Of a DNA stretch of 64,000 nucleotides, positions 17,864-29,005 are shown piece by piece. The position numbers were made by a program, and so were the translations under genes. The notes below the pieces were generated by a model, which made no database searches, was not told the DNA's origin, and saw nothing but the letters and a program-made list of their open reading frames with translations. This DNA comes from an uncultured Solirubrobacterales bacterium (GTDB taxonomy: Bacteria > Actinomycetota > Thermoleophilia > Solirubrobacterales > Solirubrobacteraceae), in contig CAVTGW010000006.1 of NCBI GenBank assembly GCA_963734425.1, forward strand, positions 124,295-188,294, in the 5' to 3' direction. The stretch's first letter is position 1. Each line of letters starts with the position of its first letter.

Positions 17864-18787
17864 ATGGGAGCCCAACCTTTCGGTTTCGAGTCGACCGCTG
17901 CGGAGGTCATCGCGGGCATCGACTTGAGCAGCAAGCGCGCTGTCGTGACCGGCGCCTCTTCTGGGATCGGCGTCGAGACCGCAAGGGCGCTCGCGGGAGC
18001 GGGTGCGGCTGTCACCTTAGCGGTGCGCAATCTCGAGGCTGGAGAGGACACCGCCCGGGACATCATTGCCGGCACCGCCAACAGCCAGGTCTTCGCTGCA
18101 CCGCTTGACCTCGCTGACCGGGACTCCATCGCGGCGTTCATCGGCGCGTGGGATGGCCCGCTGCACATCCTCGTCAACAACGCGGGCGTGATGGCCACGC
18201 CACTGATGCGCACGCCGGAGGGCTGGGAGCTGCAATTCGCGACTAACCATCTCGGCCACTTCGCCCTGGCCACCGGACTGCACGATGCGCTTGCCGAGGC
18301 GCGCGGCGCACGCGTGGTGTCGGTGAGCTCGGCTGGGCACCGGTTCTCCCAGGTCGTCTTCGAGGACATTCACTTCCAGCGGCGCGCCTACGACCCCTGG
18401 CTCGCCTACGGCCAGTCCAAGACGGCCAACATCCTGTTCGCCGTCGAGGCGACCAAGCGCTGGGCGAGCGATGGCATCACGGTGAACGCGCTCATGCCCG
18501 GACTGATCCAAACGAACCTCTCTCGCCATCTCCCTCAGGAGGACCTCGACGAGCTGATTGCCAGGATCGAGACGACGCGGGCGTGGAAGACGCCCGAGCA
18601 GGGTGCGGCCACCTCCGTGCTGCTCGCGACATCCCCGCGGCTGGAGGGCATCGGCGGGCGCTACTTCGAGGACTGCAACGAGGCGCCCGTGTTCGAGGCG
18701 CCCGGGGTCCGAGGCGTCGCGGCATACGCACTCGATCCCGAGGCGGCAGAGCGGCTCTGGCAGGTGTCAGTCGAGACCCTGGCCTGA
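17864..18787 (+). CDS. SDR family NAD(P)-dependent oxidoreductase
   Basis: VVTGASSGIG, NNAG, YGQSK. Confidence 0.9.
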   Translation: MGAQPFGFESTAAEVIAGIDLSSKRAVVTGASSGIGVETARALAGAGAAVTLAVRNLEAGEDTARDIIAGTANSQVFAAPLDLADRDSIAAFIGAWDGPLHILVNNAGVMATPLMRTPEGWELQFATNHLGHFALATGLHDALAEARGARVVSVSSAGHRFSQVVFEDIHFQRRAYDPWLAYGQSKTANILFAVEATKRWASDGITVNALMPGLIQTNLSRHLPQEDLDELIARIETTRAWKTPEQGAATSVLLATSPRLEGIGGRYFEDCNEAPVFEAPGVRGVAAYALDPEAAERLWQVSVETLA

Positions 18788-18814
18788 GCGCTGCGCAGCT
18801 GACCTTGCTGGATG

Positions 18815-19507
18815 TCAGCGCGTAGAGCCCTCGTCGGTCTTTACGCCCGCGCGCGCGGTGAGCACGATGCTCGCGAGCAGGATCCAGAGCAGGAAGCTGA
18901 GCACGGGGACATAGAAGCCCAGTGCCCCGTTGCCGGAGTTGAACGCGCCGCTGTCGCTGAAGACACCTCCGACCGCGAGTCCGCTGCCGATCGCGGCGAG
19001 CACCGCGAGCCAGCTGAGCCAGCCAGGCAGGGCGCCCGTCTTGAGCGAGAGCTTTGCGATCGCCGCGAAGAAGGCGCTCGCCACCAGCGCGATCGGGACC
19101 GCGAGCAGGAAGCCGAAGTCGTTCAGCGTCCTGATGAGTTCGGCGCTCGTCTGCTCAGGCCGGAAGGCGGCCGCGGCGAATACCCCAAGCGTGATGATGA
19201 AGTCCCCGATGAAGACAAGTCCGCTGCCGAACACGATCGCGCTCAGCCGTCCCTTCGGTCCCTCTGCACTGCGTAGGTGGCTGACAAGGCTGCCGAGGAA
19301 CCACACAAAGAAGAAGAATCCGAAGCTCGCGATGAACAGCCCCGCGTGGAGATCGCTCCGGTGCTGGACGTAGAACTGCTGGATGCGCGCCGCCGAGGAG
19401 TCAAAGGCTGGCCCGCTGGGGATGACCACGAACAACCCGATCGCGATCAGCAACACGAATACGATTCCCGTAGCGGCCCCGGCGCGCTCGGCTTGGGCGT
19501 CACTCAT
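18815..19507 (-). CDS. Polytopic membrane hypothetical protein
   Basis: About six hydrophobic segments; GGAGG RBS before ATG 19507. Confidence 0.7.
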   Translation of the reverse strand: MSDAQAERAGAATGIVFVLLIAIGLFVVIPSGPAFDSSAARIQQFYVQHRSDLHAGLFIASFGFFFFVWFLGSLVSHLRSAEGPKGRLSAIVFGSGLVFIGDFIITLGVFAAAAFRPEQTSAELIRTLNDFGFLLAVPIALVASAFFAAIAKLSLKTGALPGWLSWLAVLAAIGSGLAVGGVFSDSGAFNSGNGALGFYVPVLSFLLWILLASIVLTARAGVKTDEGSTR

Positions 19508-19690
19508 TTTGGCACCTCCGTTGTAGAGCGCCGCGACCGCGCCTCCCTGCGTCCCACGCTGCGCGAATAGTGAGAATTGCCGCAATCCTCGCGGCGCACG
19601 CGAGCCAAGTCAACCCCCCGGCCGGCAGTTCTCTCGGATGGCGTGCGCCTCAGTCCGCTCGCGCCGACGAGCCATACTGGAAGGAGCGCT

Positions 19691-20173
19691 ATGTCTCAGT
19701 TCGGAAAGCTCACGGCGTCCACATCGCAGCTCGCCAATAAGCGCGGCCTCTACCTCGGCCGGCGCTCAACCAAGGTCCACGTGGCCCTCTATCGCCGTAC
19801 AGGCGGAAGAATAAGCGGCCACCTCCCCGGCTGGCCCGAGGCCCGGATACTTCTGGTCAACCACACCGGTGCCAAGAGCGGCACCAAACGGAAATCTCCA
19901 CTGATGTACCACGAGGACGGCGATGCCATTGTCGTAGCAGCTACGAAGGGCGGCCAGCCGACGCATCCCGCGTGGTTCCACAATCTCAAAGCGAACCCGG
20001 ACACCGAGGTTCAGATCGGCTCCGACGTCCGCGAGGTCCGAGCCCGTGTCGCAACCGACAAGGAGCGCGATCGCCTTTGGGCGCAATTCGTGGCGGTCTA
20101 CCCCGGGTACGAATTCTTCAAGCGCAACGCGAAGGGCCGCAAGATCCCAATCGTGATCCTCGACCCTCGTTAG
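19691..20173 (+). CDS. Deazaflavin (F420)-dependent nitroreductase family (Ddn-like)
   Basis: GAKSG..RKSPL, ATKGGQPTHPAWFHNLKANP, RKIPIVILDP. Confidence 0.88.
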   Translation: MSQFGKLTASTSQLANKRGLYLGRRSTKVHVALYRRTGGRISGHLPGWPEARILLVNHTGAKSGTKRKSPLMYHEDGDAIVVAATKGGQPTHPAWFHNLKANPDTEVQIGSDVREVRARVATDKERDRLWAQFVAVYPGYEFFKRNAKGRKIPIVILDPR

Positions 20174-20176
20174 GCG

Positions 20177-20449
20177 CTAGCCGAGCGCGGCGGCTAGGTC
20201 GCCCGCCTCGACTCGCACCGCGTGCGGGAGCGTGATCGTGAAGTGCCCGTCGTGCTCGACGATGCGCCGGGCGTTGATGATCGTCACGCCGATCACCTCG
20301 CCATCCGCGTCATAGCGGACGCCGTGTCCCTCGGGCGTCAGTGCAGCCTCAGAAGCGGAGCTGGTCTTCCCGCGCGCCAAATAGAGCACGTCGCCGTCCG
20401 CGTCGTAGTTGGCGCGGTCAAATATGAGGTCATCGATCTTTACGTTCAT
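20177..20449 (-). CDS. DUF2283 domain protein (putative antitoxin)
   Basis: YDADGDVLYL ... VRYDADGEVIGVTI; ATGA-coupled to the upstream gene. Confidence 0.75.
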   Translation of the reverse strand: MNVKIDDLIFDRANYDADGDVLYLARGKTSSASEAALTPEGHGVRYDADGEVIGVTIINARRIVEHDGHFTITLPHAVRVEAGDLAAALG

Positions 20450-20772
20450 GGTTCCCATCCGCTTGGTGATCGTCCGTGTCCGTAGCCCAGGGCGGTCACG
20501 ATCCGCGCGGGCTCACTCCCAAAGTCTAGGACCACCATCAACCATCGGCTCGGGCCCACGTCCCGCTTGAAGAACCGCTCCCTACGAGGCCAACCGTCGT
20601 GTTCCCGGTGATCCGGCGAGGCGACTACGTCAAGAACAACGCGAAGATACGGCTCAAGCTCGGCATGACCGCTCTGCGGATCGAGAATGTGCAGGAGCCA
20701 GGTGTCCTCGAACAGCACGACGCGAACGCCCTCCGGGGTCGCTGTCTCACCCAGAATCCGCCGATCCGTCAT
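20446..20772 (-). CDS. Small hypothetical protein, putative RelE-like toxin partner of DUF2283
   Basis: TW.HI...H.E ... WLMVVLD....RIVTA pattern; position upstream of DUF2283. Confidence 0.55.
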   Translation of the reverse strand: MTDRRILGETATPEGVRVVLFEDTWLLHILDPQSGHAELEPYLRVVLDVVASPDHREHDGWPRRERFFKRDVGPSRWLMVVLDFGSEPARIVTALGYGHGRSPSGWEP

Positions 20773-20934
20773 GGCTCATCCGCCGTCAGAAATGCGGACG
20801 TTCCCGCGCGCAACCAGGGCCGGTCATGATCTTGGAGAGAGAACATCGCGGTGCGAGGTTACCCCTGCGCTTGGATCGCCGCCAGGCACAGCGCGTCATG
20901 CTGCCGCGACTCGCTGAATCTGGCTTGAGTGTCA

Positions 20935-21007
20935 AGCGGCGGACGGGGGTCGAACCCGCGACCTTCGGCTTGGGAAGCCAACGCTCTACCAGCTGAGCTA
21001 CCGCCGC
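20935..21007 (-). tRNA. tRNA-Gly (anticodon CCC), CCA not encoded
   Basis: GCGGCGG acceptor stem, AGCTCAGCTGGTAGAGC D arm, TTGGC-TTCCCAA-GCCGA anticodon arm, GGTTCGACCC T arm, discriminator U. Confidence 0.95.
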
Positions 21008-21049
21008 ATCGGCGAGATACTACGACGCCGGGCACTAACCTTGCCAGGC

Positions 21050-21598
21050 GTGAGACGGTTGCTCATACCGATGTGCAGCGCGCTCGCCGGCGCGGCGCTG
21101 ATTGGCCTGCTCGTCTATGGCCTGAGCGCCCAGGGAGCCAATCGCAGCCTCGACGAAGCGCTGAGGCGCCACCACCAGCCAGCGGCGCCCGAAGCGCATC
21201 GCCTGCTGCCCTCCCTCACCGGCCACGGCGAGCGCTCGCTCGCCGACTTCGCCGGCAAGGTCGTAATTCTCAACTTCTGGGCGTCCTGGTGCCCACCATG
21301 CCAGAACGAGGCGCCCGAGTTGGAGCGCATCCAGAAGCGGCTCGTACGCCACGACGCCACTGTGCTGGGCGTCACCTACGAGGACACCACCTCCGACTCG
21401 TTGAAATTCATCCACGAATACGGCCTGACCTATCCGGTTCTCCGCGACGTCACCGGAAGCTTCGCCCACTCCTACGGCACCAACCTGCTGCCTGAGAGCT
21501 TCGTCATCGATCGCACGGGCCACGTCGCCGCGCTCGAACGCAACGAAGTCAACGAAGCCTTCCTCGAGCGGGCCCTCAAACTGGCGGAAAGCACGTGA
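21050..21598 (+). CDS. TlpA/ResA/CcmG-like thiol-disulfide reductase
   Basis: N-terminal TM; NFWASWCPPC; LPESFVID. Confidence 0.9.
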   Translation: MRRLLIPMCSALAGAALIGLLVYGLSAQGANRSLDEALRRHHQPAAPEAHRLLPSLTGHGERSLADFAGKVVILNFWASWCPPCQNEAPELERIQKRLVRHDATVLGVTYEDTTSDSLKFIHEYGLTYPVLRDVTGSFAHSYGTNLLPESFVIDRTGHVAALERNEVNEAFLERALKLAEST

Positions 21599-22077
21599 GG
21601 GCGCACTTGCGAGCCCAGGCGCTGGTGGCGAGCGCGCTCCTGGCAGCGGCGCTGGGCTTCACCCCCAGCGGGCTCCTCGCGAGCGCCTCGGCCATCGAGC
21701 CGCGCACCACACTGCCGGCAATCGAAAGCCAGGTGATGTGCGCGACCTGCAAAATCCCGCTGCAGGTGGCCCAGTCCCCGCAGGCCGACCGTGAGCGGGC
21801 GTTCATCGAGGCGCTGATCGCCCAGGGCCGCACCGAGGCCCAGATCAAGCGGGCGCTTGTCTTCCAGTACGGCAGGTCGGTGCTTGCCACGCCGAGCAGC
21901 ATCTTCGCCTACCTCGTGCCGATCCTCGTCGTGCTGGCGCTGTTGGCAGCCCTTGGGCTGCTGGTGCTTCGCTGGCGGCGGCATGGTCGCGTGCTCGATG
22001 AGGAGGCCCCGGCGCCCGCCATCGGCTCGACTGACGCGATGCGTCTGGAGGAGGACATGGCACAGCATCCCTCCTGA
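21595..22077 (+). CDS. ccmH: Cytochrome c biogenesis protein CcmH-like
   Basis: VMCATC (CxxC), AQSPQA..ER..I, YG..VL, then TM. Confidence 0.8.
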   Translation: MRAHLRAQALVASALLAAALGFTPSGLLASASAIEPRTTLPAIESQVMCATCKIPLQVAQSPQADRERAFIEALIAQGRTEAQIKRALVFQYGRSVLATPSSIFAYLVPILVVLALLAALGLLVLRWRRHGRVLDEEAPAPAIGSTDAMRLEEDMAQHPS

Positions 22078-22084
22078 GGAGCCT

Positions 22085-23719
22085 TTACATCTCGTCGGGC
22101 GCGCTCACACCGAGTATCTCCAGCGAGCGGCCGATCGCTCGCTGGGCCACCACGCACAGGGCGATGCGCATCGACTCGACGCTCTCGGGCTGAGCACCGA
22201 CGACATGGCAGTCGCGGTAGAAGGCCGTGAAGTCCTGCGCCAGCTCCAGTGCATAGGCGCTGATGCGATGGGGAGCGCGTCGCAGCGCGGCCTCCTCCAG
22301 CTCGTGGGGAAAGGCCAGCAGCCGCTTGATCAGCTCCCGCTCGGCCTGATGCAACTCGACCTCGGCCGTCGTCGTCAGCGCCTGCGCGACACGCTCCTCG
22401 CCCAGCTTCGCGAGCATCGAGGCGATCCGGGCGTGCGCATATTGGACGTAATAGACGGGGTTGTCGCTGGAGTGCTCCTTGGCGAGGTCGAGGTCGAGCT
22501 CGATCGTGGTGTCGTGGGAGCGGGAGAGCAAAAACCAGCGCGAGGCATCCACCCCGATCTCCTCGACGAGCTCGTCGAGCGTGACGAACTCGCCGGCGCG
22601 CTTTGACATCTGCGCGCGCTCACCGCGGCGCACGAGATGGACGAGCTGCATGATGATCAGCTCGAGGCTCTCAGGATCCCCGCCGAGCGCCTGGAAGGCG
22701 GCCTGCATCCGGCGCACGTATCCATGGTGGTCGGCGCCCCACACATCGATCAGGCGATCGAAGCCGAGCTCGCGCTTGGCGAGGTGATAGGCGATGTCGG
22801 AGGCGAAGTAGGTGTGCTCGCCGCTGGAGCGCACCAGCACGCGATTCTTGTCATCTCCGTGATCGGTCGTGCGCAGCCACAGAGCGCCCTCGCTGTGGTA
22901 GGTGCGCCCCTGCTGATCCAGCAGCGAGAGTGCGTGCTGCACCGGGGTGGGATCGCCCGCGTGCACGGAGCTCTCGTACTGCCAGCGGTCGAAGCTCACA
23001 CGAAAGCTCTGCAGCGACGCCGACATCTTTGTGACCATGATCCCCACCGCCGCCCTGCCAAGCTCCAGGGGATCGGCCGAGGCCGCCGGCGTGGCACAGG
23101 CGCCGCTCTGCTCCAGCTCCGCGACCAGCGGTTGCACATAGTCGCCCTGGTAGCCGTCCTCGGGCACGGGCTCACCGCGTGCGATCGCGCTGATCGACTC
23201 GCCGAGCTTGTGCACCTGAGAGCCCGCGTCATTTACATAGAACTCGCGCTCCACCTCGTGGCCGCTGAAGGCGAGCAGCCGCGCGAGCGAGTCGCCATAG
23301 GCGGCGTTGCGAGCATGCCCGACATGCATCGGACCGGTCGGGTTGGCGCTGACGAACTCGATCAGGATGCGCTGCGGCGAGCCGGCCTCACCGCCTCCGA
23401 ATCGCTCGCCGGCACCGAGCACCCCCTCGAGCGCCCGGCGATGCCACCCGTCGCTGAGGAAGAGATTGACGAAGCCCGGGCCGGCCACCTCCACGCGCTC
23501 CAGATCCTCACCCAGCCGCTCCCGCAGACCTGCCCCCAATCGCTCGGCGAGCTCCCGCGCTGCCGAGTCGGTGAGCGGCGCCAGCAACAGGGCGGCGTTG
23601 GTCGAATAGTCGCCGAGCTCCAGGCGCGGAGGACGCTCGAGGGTGATCCCCTCGCGCTCGCCGTTGCGCCCGCGGTGACCTTCGCGCCCGCCGACCAGCT
23701 CCCGCGCGACCGCGAGCAT
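22085..23719 (-). CDS. argS: Arginine--tRNA ligase
   Basis: SANPTGPMHVGH, YFASDIAYH, WGADHHGY, MSKRAG, YVQYAHAR. Confidence 0.96.
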   Translation of the reverse strand: MLAVARELVGGREGHRGRNGEREGITLERPPRLELGDYSTNAALLLAPLTDSAARELAERLGAGLRERLGEDLERVEVAGPGFVNLFLSDGWHRRALEGVLGAGERFGGGEAGSPQRILIEFVSANPTGPMHVGHARNAAYGDSLARLLAFSGHEVEREFYVNDAGSQVHKLGESISAIARGEPVPEDGYQGDYVQPLVAELEQSGACATPAASADPLELGRAAVGIMVTKMSASLQSFRVSFDRWQYESSVHAGDPTPVQHALSLLDQQGRTYHSEGALWLRTTDHGDDKNRVLVRSSGEHTYFASDIAYHLAKRELGFDRLIDVWGADHHGYVRRMQAAFQALGGDPESLELIIMQLVHLVRRGERAQMSKRAGEFVTLDELVEEIGVDASRWFLLSRSHDTTIELDLDLAKEHSSDNPVYYVQYAHARIASMLAKLGEERVAQALTTTAEVELHQAERELIKRLLAFPHELEEAALRRAPHRISAYALELAQDFTAFYRDCHVVGAQPESVESMRIALCVVAQRAIGRSLEILGVSAPDEM

Positions 23720-23762
23720 CTCCTCGCGCAGATCGGCGAACGGGTTCAGCTTATGGGCGCTT

Positions 23763-24173
23763 TTAGTAGTGATAGGGCTCTCCTGCCAGGATCTTATGCG
23801 CCCGGAAGAGCTGCTCGAGCAGCACGACCTGGGCGAGCTGGTGGGCGAACGTCATCGCTCCCAGCGAGAGCCGATGATCCACACGCTCGAGCGCCGGCGG
23901 CCCGAAGGCGCCCCCCACCACGAACACCAGGTCCCGACCCTCCAGACGGCGCTCCTGCAGGAAGGCGCTGAAGGCCAGGCTCTCATAGGTAGTGCCCTCG
24001 GCGGCCAGCAATGAGACGAACGCCTCCTTGGGGACCCGCTTTGCCAGCGCGCTCGCGTCGCGCACCTCGACCAGCTCCAGACGCACGTGCCTGGAGAGCA
24101 GCTTGCGATAGTGAGCCACATCGTCGGCGTAAGGCGCCCGCAGGCGACCCTCGCTGAGCACGATCACGCGCAA
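23763..24173 (-). CDS. rlmH: 23S rRNA pseudouridine-1915 N3-methyltransferase
   Basis: FVVGGAFG, LSLGAMTFAHQLAQVVLLEQLFRA, GEPYH. Confidence 0.9.
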   Translation of the reverse strand: MRVIVLSEGRLRAPYADDVAHYRKLLSRHVRLELVEVRDASALAKRVPKEAFVSLLAAEGTTYESLAFSAFLQERRLEGRDLVFVVGGAFGPPALERVDHRLSLGAMTFAHQLAQVVLLEQLFRAHKILAGEPYHY

Positions 24174-24198
24174 CGGGAGCCTCTCGTGAAAGCGGCGT

Positions 24199-24241
24199 CG
24201 GCCACAGGTTGCGATACCGCCGCGGCCACAGCTTGCGATAC
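24199..24241. repeat. 19-bp direct repeat (18/19, period 24) in the rlmH/DUF3467 divergent promoter
   Basis: CGGCCACAG(G/C)TTGCGATAC x2. Confidence 0.85.
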
Positions 24242-24248
24242 TAGCCAG

Positions 24249-24566
24249 GTGAACGATCAAGACCAAGGCGCCGAGCGCCACATAAACATCCACCTCTCAC
24301 CCGAGATCATGGGCGGCGTCTACGCGAACTTTGCGAACGTCAGCCACTCCGACTACGAGTTCACCGTCACCTTCGCCCGCGTCGACCACGAGGTCGAGTC
24401 CGAGGAGGTCCCTGGAGTGGTCGTCTCCCGCGTGAACCTCTCGCCGCGATTCATGCGGGAGCTGATCGACGCGATGGAAGACAACTACTCCAAGTGGCGT
24501 ACCCGGGAGGGCATCAAGAACCTGCCCGAGTACGGCGGCGAGGGAGCCGAAGAGGAGGAGAGCTAG
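24249..24566 (+). CDS. DUF3467 domain protein
   Basis: GGVYANFANVSHSDYEFTVTFAR ... VVVSRVNLSP. Confidence 0.8.
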   Translation: MNDQDQGAERHINIHLSPEIMGGVYANFANVSHSDYEFTVTFARVDHEVESEEVPGVVVSRVNLSPRFMRELIDAMEDNYSKWRTREGIKNLPEYGGEGAEEEES

Positions 24567-24582
24567 GCCGCCGGCGAGATGC

Positions 24583-25314
24583 ATGAAGGTCGCCGTCGTC
24601 TCAGACATCCATGCCAACAGGCACGCGTTCGAAGCGGTGCTCGACGCGGTTGCGCAGAGCGACGCGTCCGAGCTGTGGTGCCTGGGTGACCTGGTCGGCT
24701 ACGGCGCCGATCCCGACGCCTGCGTAGAGCTCGCGCGCGAGCACGTTTCGGTCTGCCTCGCCGGCAACCACGATCTCGCCGTGGTTGGCGAGCTGCCGCT
24801 GGACGAATTTTCCCGCGGCGCGAGCCTGGCCGCAGGCTGGACCAGGGAGGTGATGCGCCCTGACAATCTCTCCTGGCTCGCCGAGCTTCGCCCACTGGCG
24901 CTGGAGGGGTCGATCGGCCTCTACCACGCCAGCCCCAGGGACCCCGTCTGGGAGTACGTGCTCTCAGCATTGCTCGCGGAGCTCTGTTTCGAGCGCCAGG
25001 AGCGGCGCGTCTGCCTGATCGGGCACTCGCACGTGGCGCTCTCGTTCGTGCGCATGGAGGGAGAGCTCGCCACCGGCGAGCCCCGCCGTGGCGGCGTAGA
25101 GCTCCAGATCGCATCGGGCGAGTGGCTGCTGAACCCCGGCAGCGTCGGCCAGCCGCGAGACGGCGACCCGCGCGCCGCGTGGCTGCTCCTGGATCTCGAG
25201 CACTGGAGCGTCTCCTACCAGCGCACCAAGTACGACATCGCCGGGGCCGGCGCGGCCATCCGCGCGGCCCGGCTGCCAGACTCGCTGGCGGAGCGCTTGG
25301 AGTACGGTCAGTAG
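24583..25314 (+). CDS. Calcineurin-like metallophosphoesterase
   Basis: SDIHAN, GDLVGYG, GNHD, GHSH, NPGSVGQPRD. Confidence 0.92.
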   Translation: MKVAVVSDIHANRHAFEAVLDAVAQSDASELWCLGDLVGYGADPDACVELAREHVSVCLAGNHDLAVVGELPLDEFSRGASLAAGWTREVMRPDNLSWLAELRPLALEGSIGLYHASPRDPVWEYVLSALLAELCFERQERRVCLIGHSHVALSFVRMEGELATGEPRRGGVELQIASGEWLLNPGSVGQPRDGDPRAAWLLLDLEHWSVSYQRTKYDIAGAGAAIRAARLPDSLAERLEYGQ

Positions 25315-25316
25315 CG

Positions 25317-25930
25317 ATGAGCCTCCCTGGACGAGTCCTGCTCGTGGCCCTGCTAGGCGTCCTCGCCCTGACCCTCGCCTCATGTGGAAGCTCGGGCAAG
25401 CAGCTGATCCCCGCACGCGACGCCGGACCGCTGCGGGGCGACTTTAAAGCCGTGAAGAGCGCAGCCCTGGCCGGCGATGGCAACTGCTCGGCGACGGCCG
25501 GCCTGATCCGCAAGACCGAACGAGACTTCAAAGCGCTACCCCTGAGCGTCGATCCGGGGCTACGCGCAAAGCTCGCCGAAGGTATCGCCAATCTTCACTC
25601 CGAGGCGCTGCTGCTCTGCGCCGAACAGCTTCCTGCGGCGACCACGACAACCAGCATGACCCACTCCCCGAGCACCTCGACGACCACGACCACCAAGACA
25701 ACGACGTCCTTGACTCCAGCGAGCGAAACGAGCACGAGCACGAGCAGCTCGAGTACGACCAGCGAACTCCCTCCAGGCGGCGGTGCCCAGGCGCCGGGAG
25801 CGGGCGGGGAAGCAGGCACGGGGACCAACCCTGTGAGCCCGGAAGCCGAAGCGCACAAAGGTGAAGCTCCAGGAACCGGAGGAACCGGTCAAGGGGGTGT
25901 CGGGCAGGGCGTCGGGCAGGGTGGGGAACA

Positions 25931-25934
<4 letters not shown>
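25317..25934 (+). CDS. Lipoprotein with Thr/Ser- and Gly-rich tail
   Basis: Lipobox LASC; second Cys pair; low-complexity C-half. Confidence 0.7.
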
Positions 25935-27116
<1,182 letters not shown>

Positions 27117-27136
<20 letters not shown>

Positions 27137-28382
27137 GGGCCGCGCCCGCACGCAGGGCATCGGCATGCTCGCCCAGGCGACCCTGCAGGATCGCCTCTCT
27201 GAGACCTGCCATCAGATCTGCGATGAACCTGAGGTTGTGGGCGGTGATGAGCCTCATCCCGGTGAGCTCTCCAGCTCTGGCTAGATAGCTCAGATAGGCC
27301 CGCGAGAATCCCCCGGAGCAGGCTTGACAGCCACAGCCCTCCTGCAACGGCTCCTGGGCCTCACGCCACCGCGCCTTGGTCAGGTCCACCCGCCAACGAT
27401 GCTCCGGGTCACTGACCAGCGCCGTGCCGTGCCTGCCCAGGCGGGTGGGCATCGCGCAGTCAAAGGTGTCGATCCCCAGCTGCACGCCCGCGATCAGATC
27501 ATCGACCTCGCCGATCCCCAGCAGATGCCTGGGTCGGTTTGCATGAACGCCTTCCAACTCTTGCACGGCGAAGCTCACCACCTCGTACATCTGTGCCTTC
27601 TCCGCTCCCAGCGATCCGCCGATGGCGATGCCGTCGCAGCGGCTGGAGGCAACCGCCTGCGCGGAGGCACGTCGCAGGTCCTCGTAGACCCCACCCTGGA
27701 CGATCCCGTATACCAGCTGATCCTCAGGCCCTTGCTCGGCGTGCCAGTCCAGGCAGCGCGCCAGCCAGCGATGGGTCCGCTCGGTCGAGCGGGCGGTGTA
27801 GTCGCGCTCGACGTGGAAGGGGGTGCACTCATCGAATACGAGTGCGATGTCGGAGTGCAACGCGCCTTGCACCACCATCGAGCCCTCGGGCGAGAGAAAG
27901 CGCTCCTGGCCGTCCAGATAGGAACGGAAGCGCACACCCTCCTCGCCGATCGCGAGAATCGAGCCGGTCAGCTCACGCTCGGGTGCCACGGAGCCCACCG
28001 TGCCGGGCTGCTCCTCAGCGGGCACCCCAACCGCCCCGCGGTTGCGTCCCTTGATCTCATCGGCGACCCGGCCATGGCCCATCGAGAAGACCTGAAAACC
28101 CCCTGAGTCGGTGATGATTGGGCTCTCCCAGCGCATGAAGCTATGCAGTCCACCAAGCGCTGCGATCAACTCATGGCCGGGGTTGAGCATCAGGTGGAAC
28201 GTGTTGCCCAACACCAGCTCATACCCCAGCTGGCTGACCTCAGCGGGCAGGAGGCCCTTGACGGTCGCCTTGCTCGCAAGCGGCACGAACGCGGGTGTGG
28301 ATACCTCTCCGTGGGCGGTGAGCAACCGCCCGGCGCGGGCATGTGAGCCCGGATCGCGGGCGAGCACATCGAAGGGAGCCAT
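27117..28382 (-). CDS. tgt: tRNA-guanine transglycosylase
   Basis: TPAFVP, GNTFHL, TDSGGFQVFS, DECTP, VQGG, DCAMPTR, CGCQAC, HNL. Confidence 0.95.
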
Positions 28383-28410
28383 CGCTGCGCCATCCTAAGG
28401 AGGAGAACCC

Positions 28411-28995
28411 ATGCTCGCCTCCATCATCAACGTCAACCACGTCGGCTATCCGCTGCTCTTCGTGCTCGTCATGTCCGAGTCCATGGGCGTGCCCGTGCCG
28501 GGAGAGACCTCGCTGATCGCCGGTGCGCTGCTCGCGAGCAGGGGAGAACTGCAGATCGAGGCGGTGATCGCGCTCGCGGCGGCGGGCGCGATCGTGGGCG
28601 ACAACATCGGCTATCTCATCGGGCGCAAGGGTGGACGCTGGCTGCTGGAACGGCCTGGCGCCTTCCAGGAGAAGCGCCTGGAAACCTTGACGATCGGAGA
28701 GGACTTCTTTGAGCGGCATGGCCCCAAGGCGGTCTTCTTCGGGCGTTTCGTGCTCGGCCTGCGCGTATGGGCCTCCTGGCTGGCTGGCGCCACGCGCATG
28801 CGCTGGCCTTCATTCCTCTTCTGGAATGCGTGCGGAGGAATCTGCTGGGCGACGGCAATCGGCCTGCTCGCCTACTTCCTGGGCCATGCAGCCGGCAACG
28901 CGGTCCAGACCTTCGGCATCTTTGGCCTCGTCGCGGCGTTGGTGGCCGTGCTGAGCCTGTACATCACCCATCGCCGCTACAGACGCCGGCCCTGA
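28411..28995 (+). CDS. DedA family membrane protein
   Basis: ESMGVPVPGETSL, GDNIGY, FFGRF. Confidence 0.92.
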   Translation: MLASIINVNHVGYPLLFVLVMSESMGVPVPGETSLIAGALLASRGELQIEAVIALAAAGAIVGDNIGYLIGRKGGRWLLERPGAFQEKRLETLTIGEDFFERHGPKAVFFGRFVLGLRVWASWLAGATRMRWPSFLFWNACGGICWATAIGLLAYFLGHAAGNAVQTFGIFGLVAALVAVLSLYITHRRYRRRP

Positions 28996-29005
28996 GGAGC
29001 TTGGC

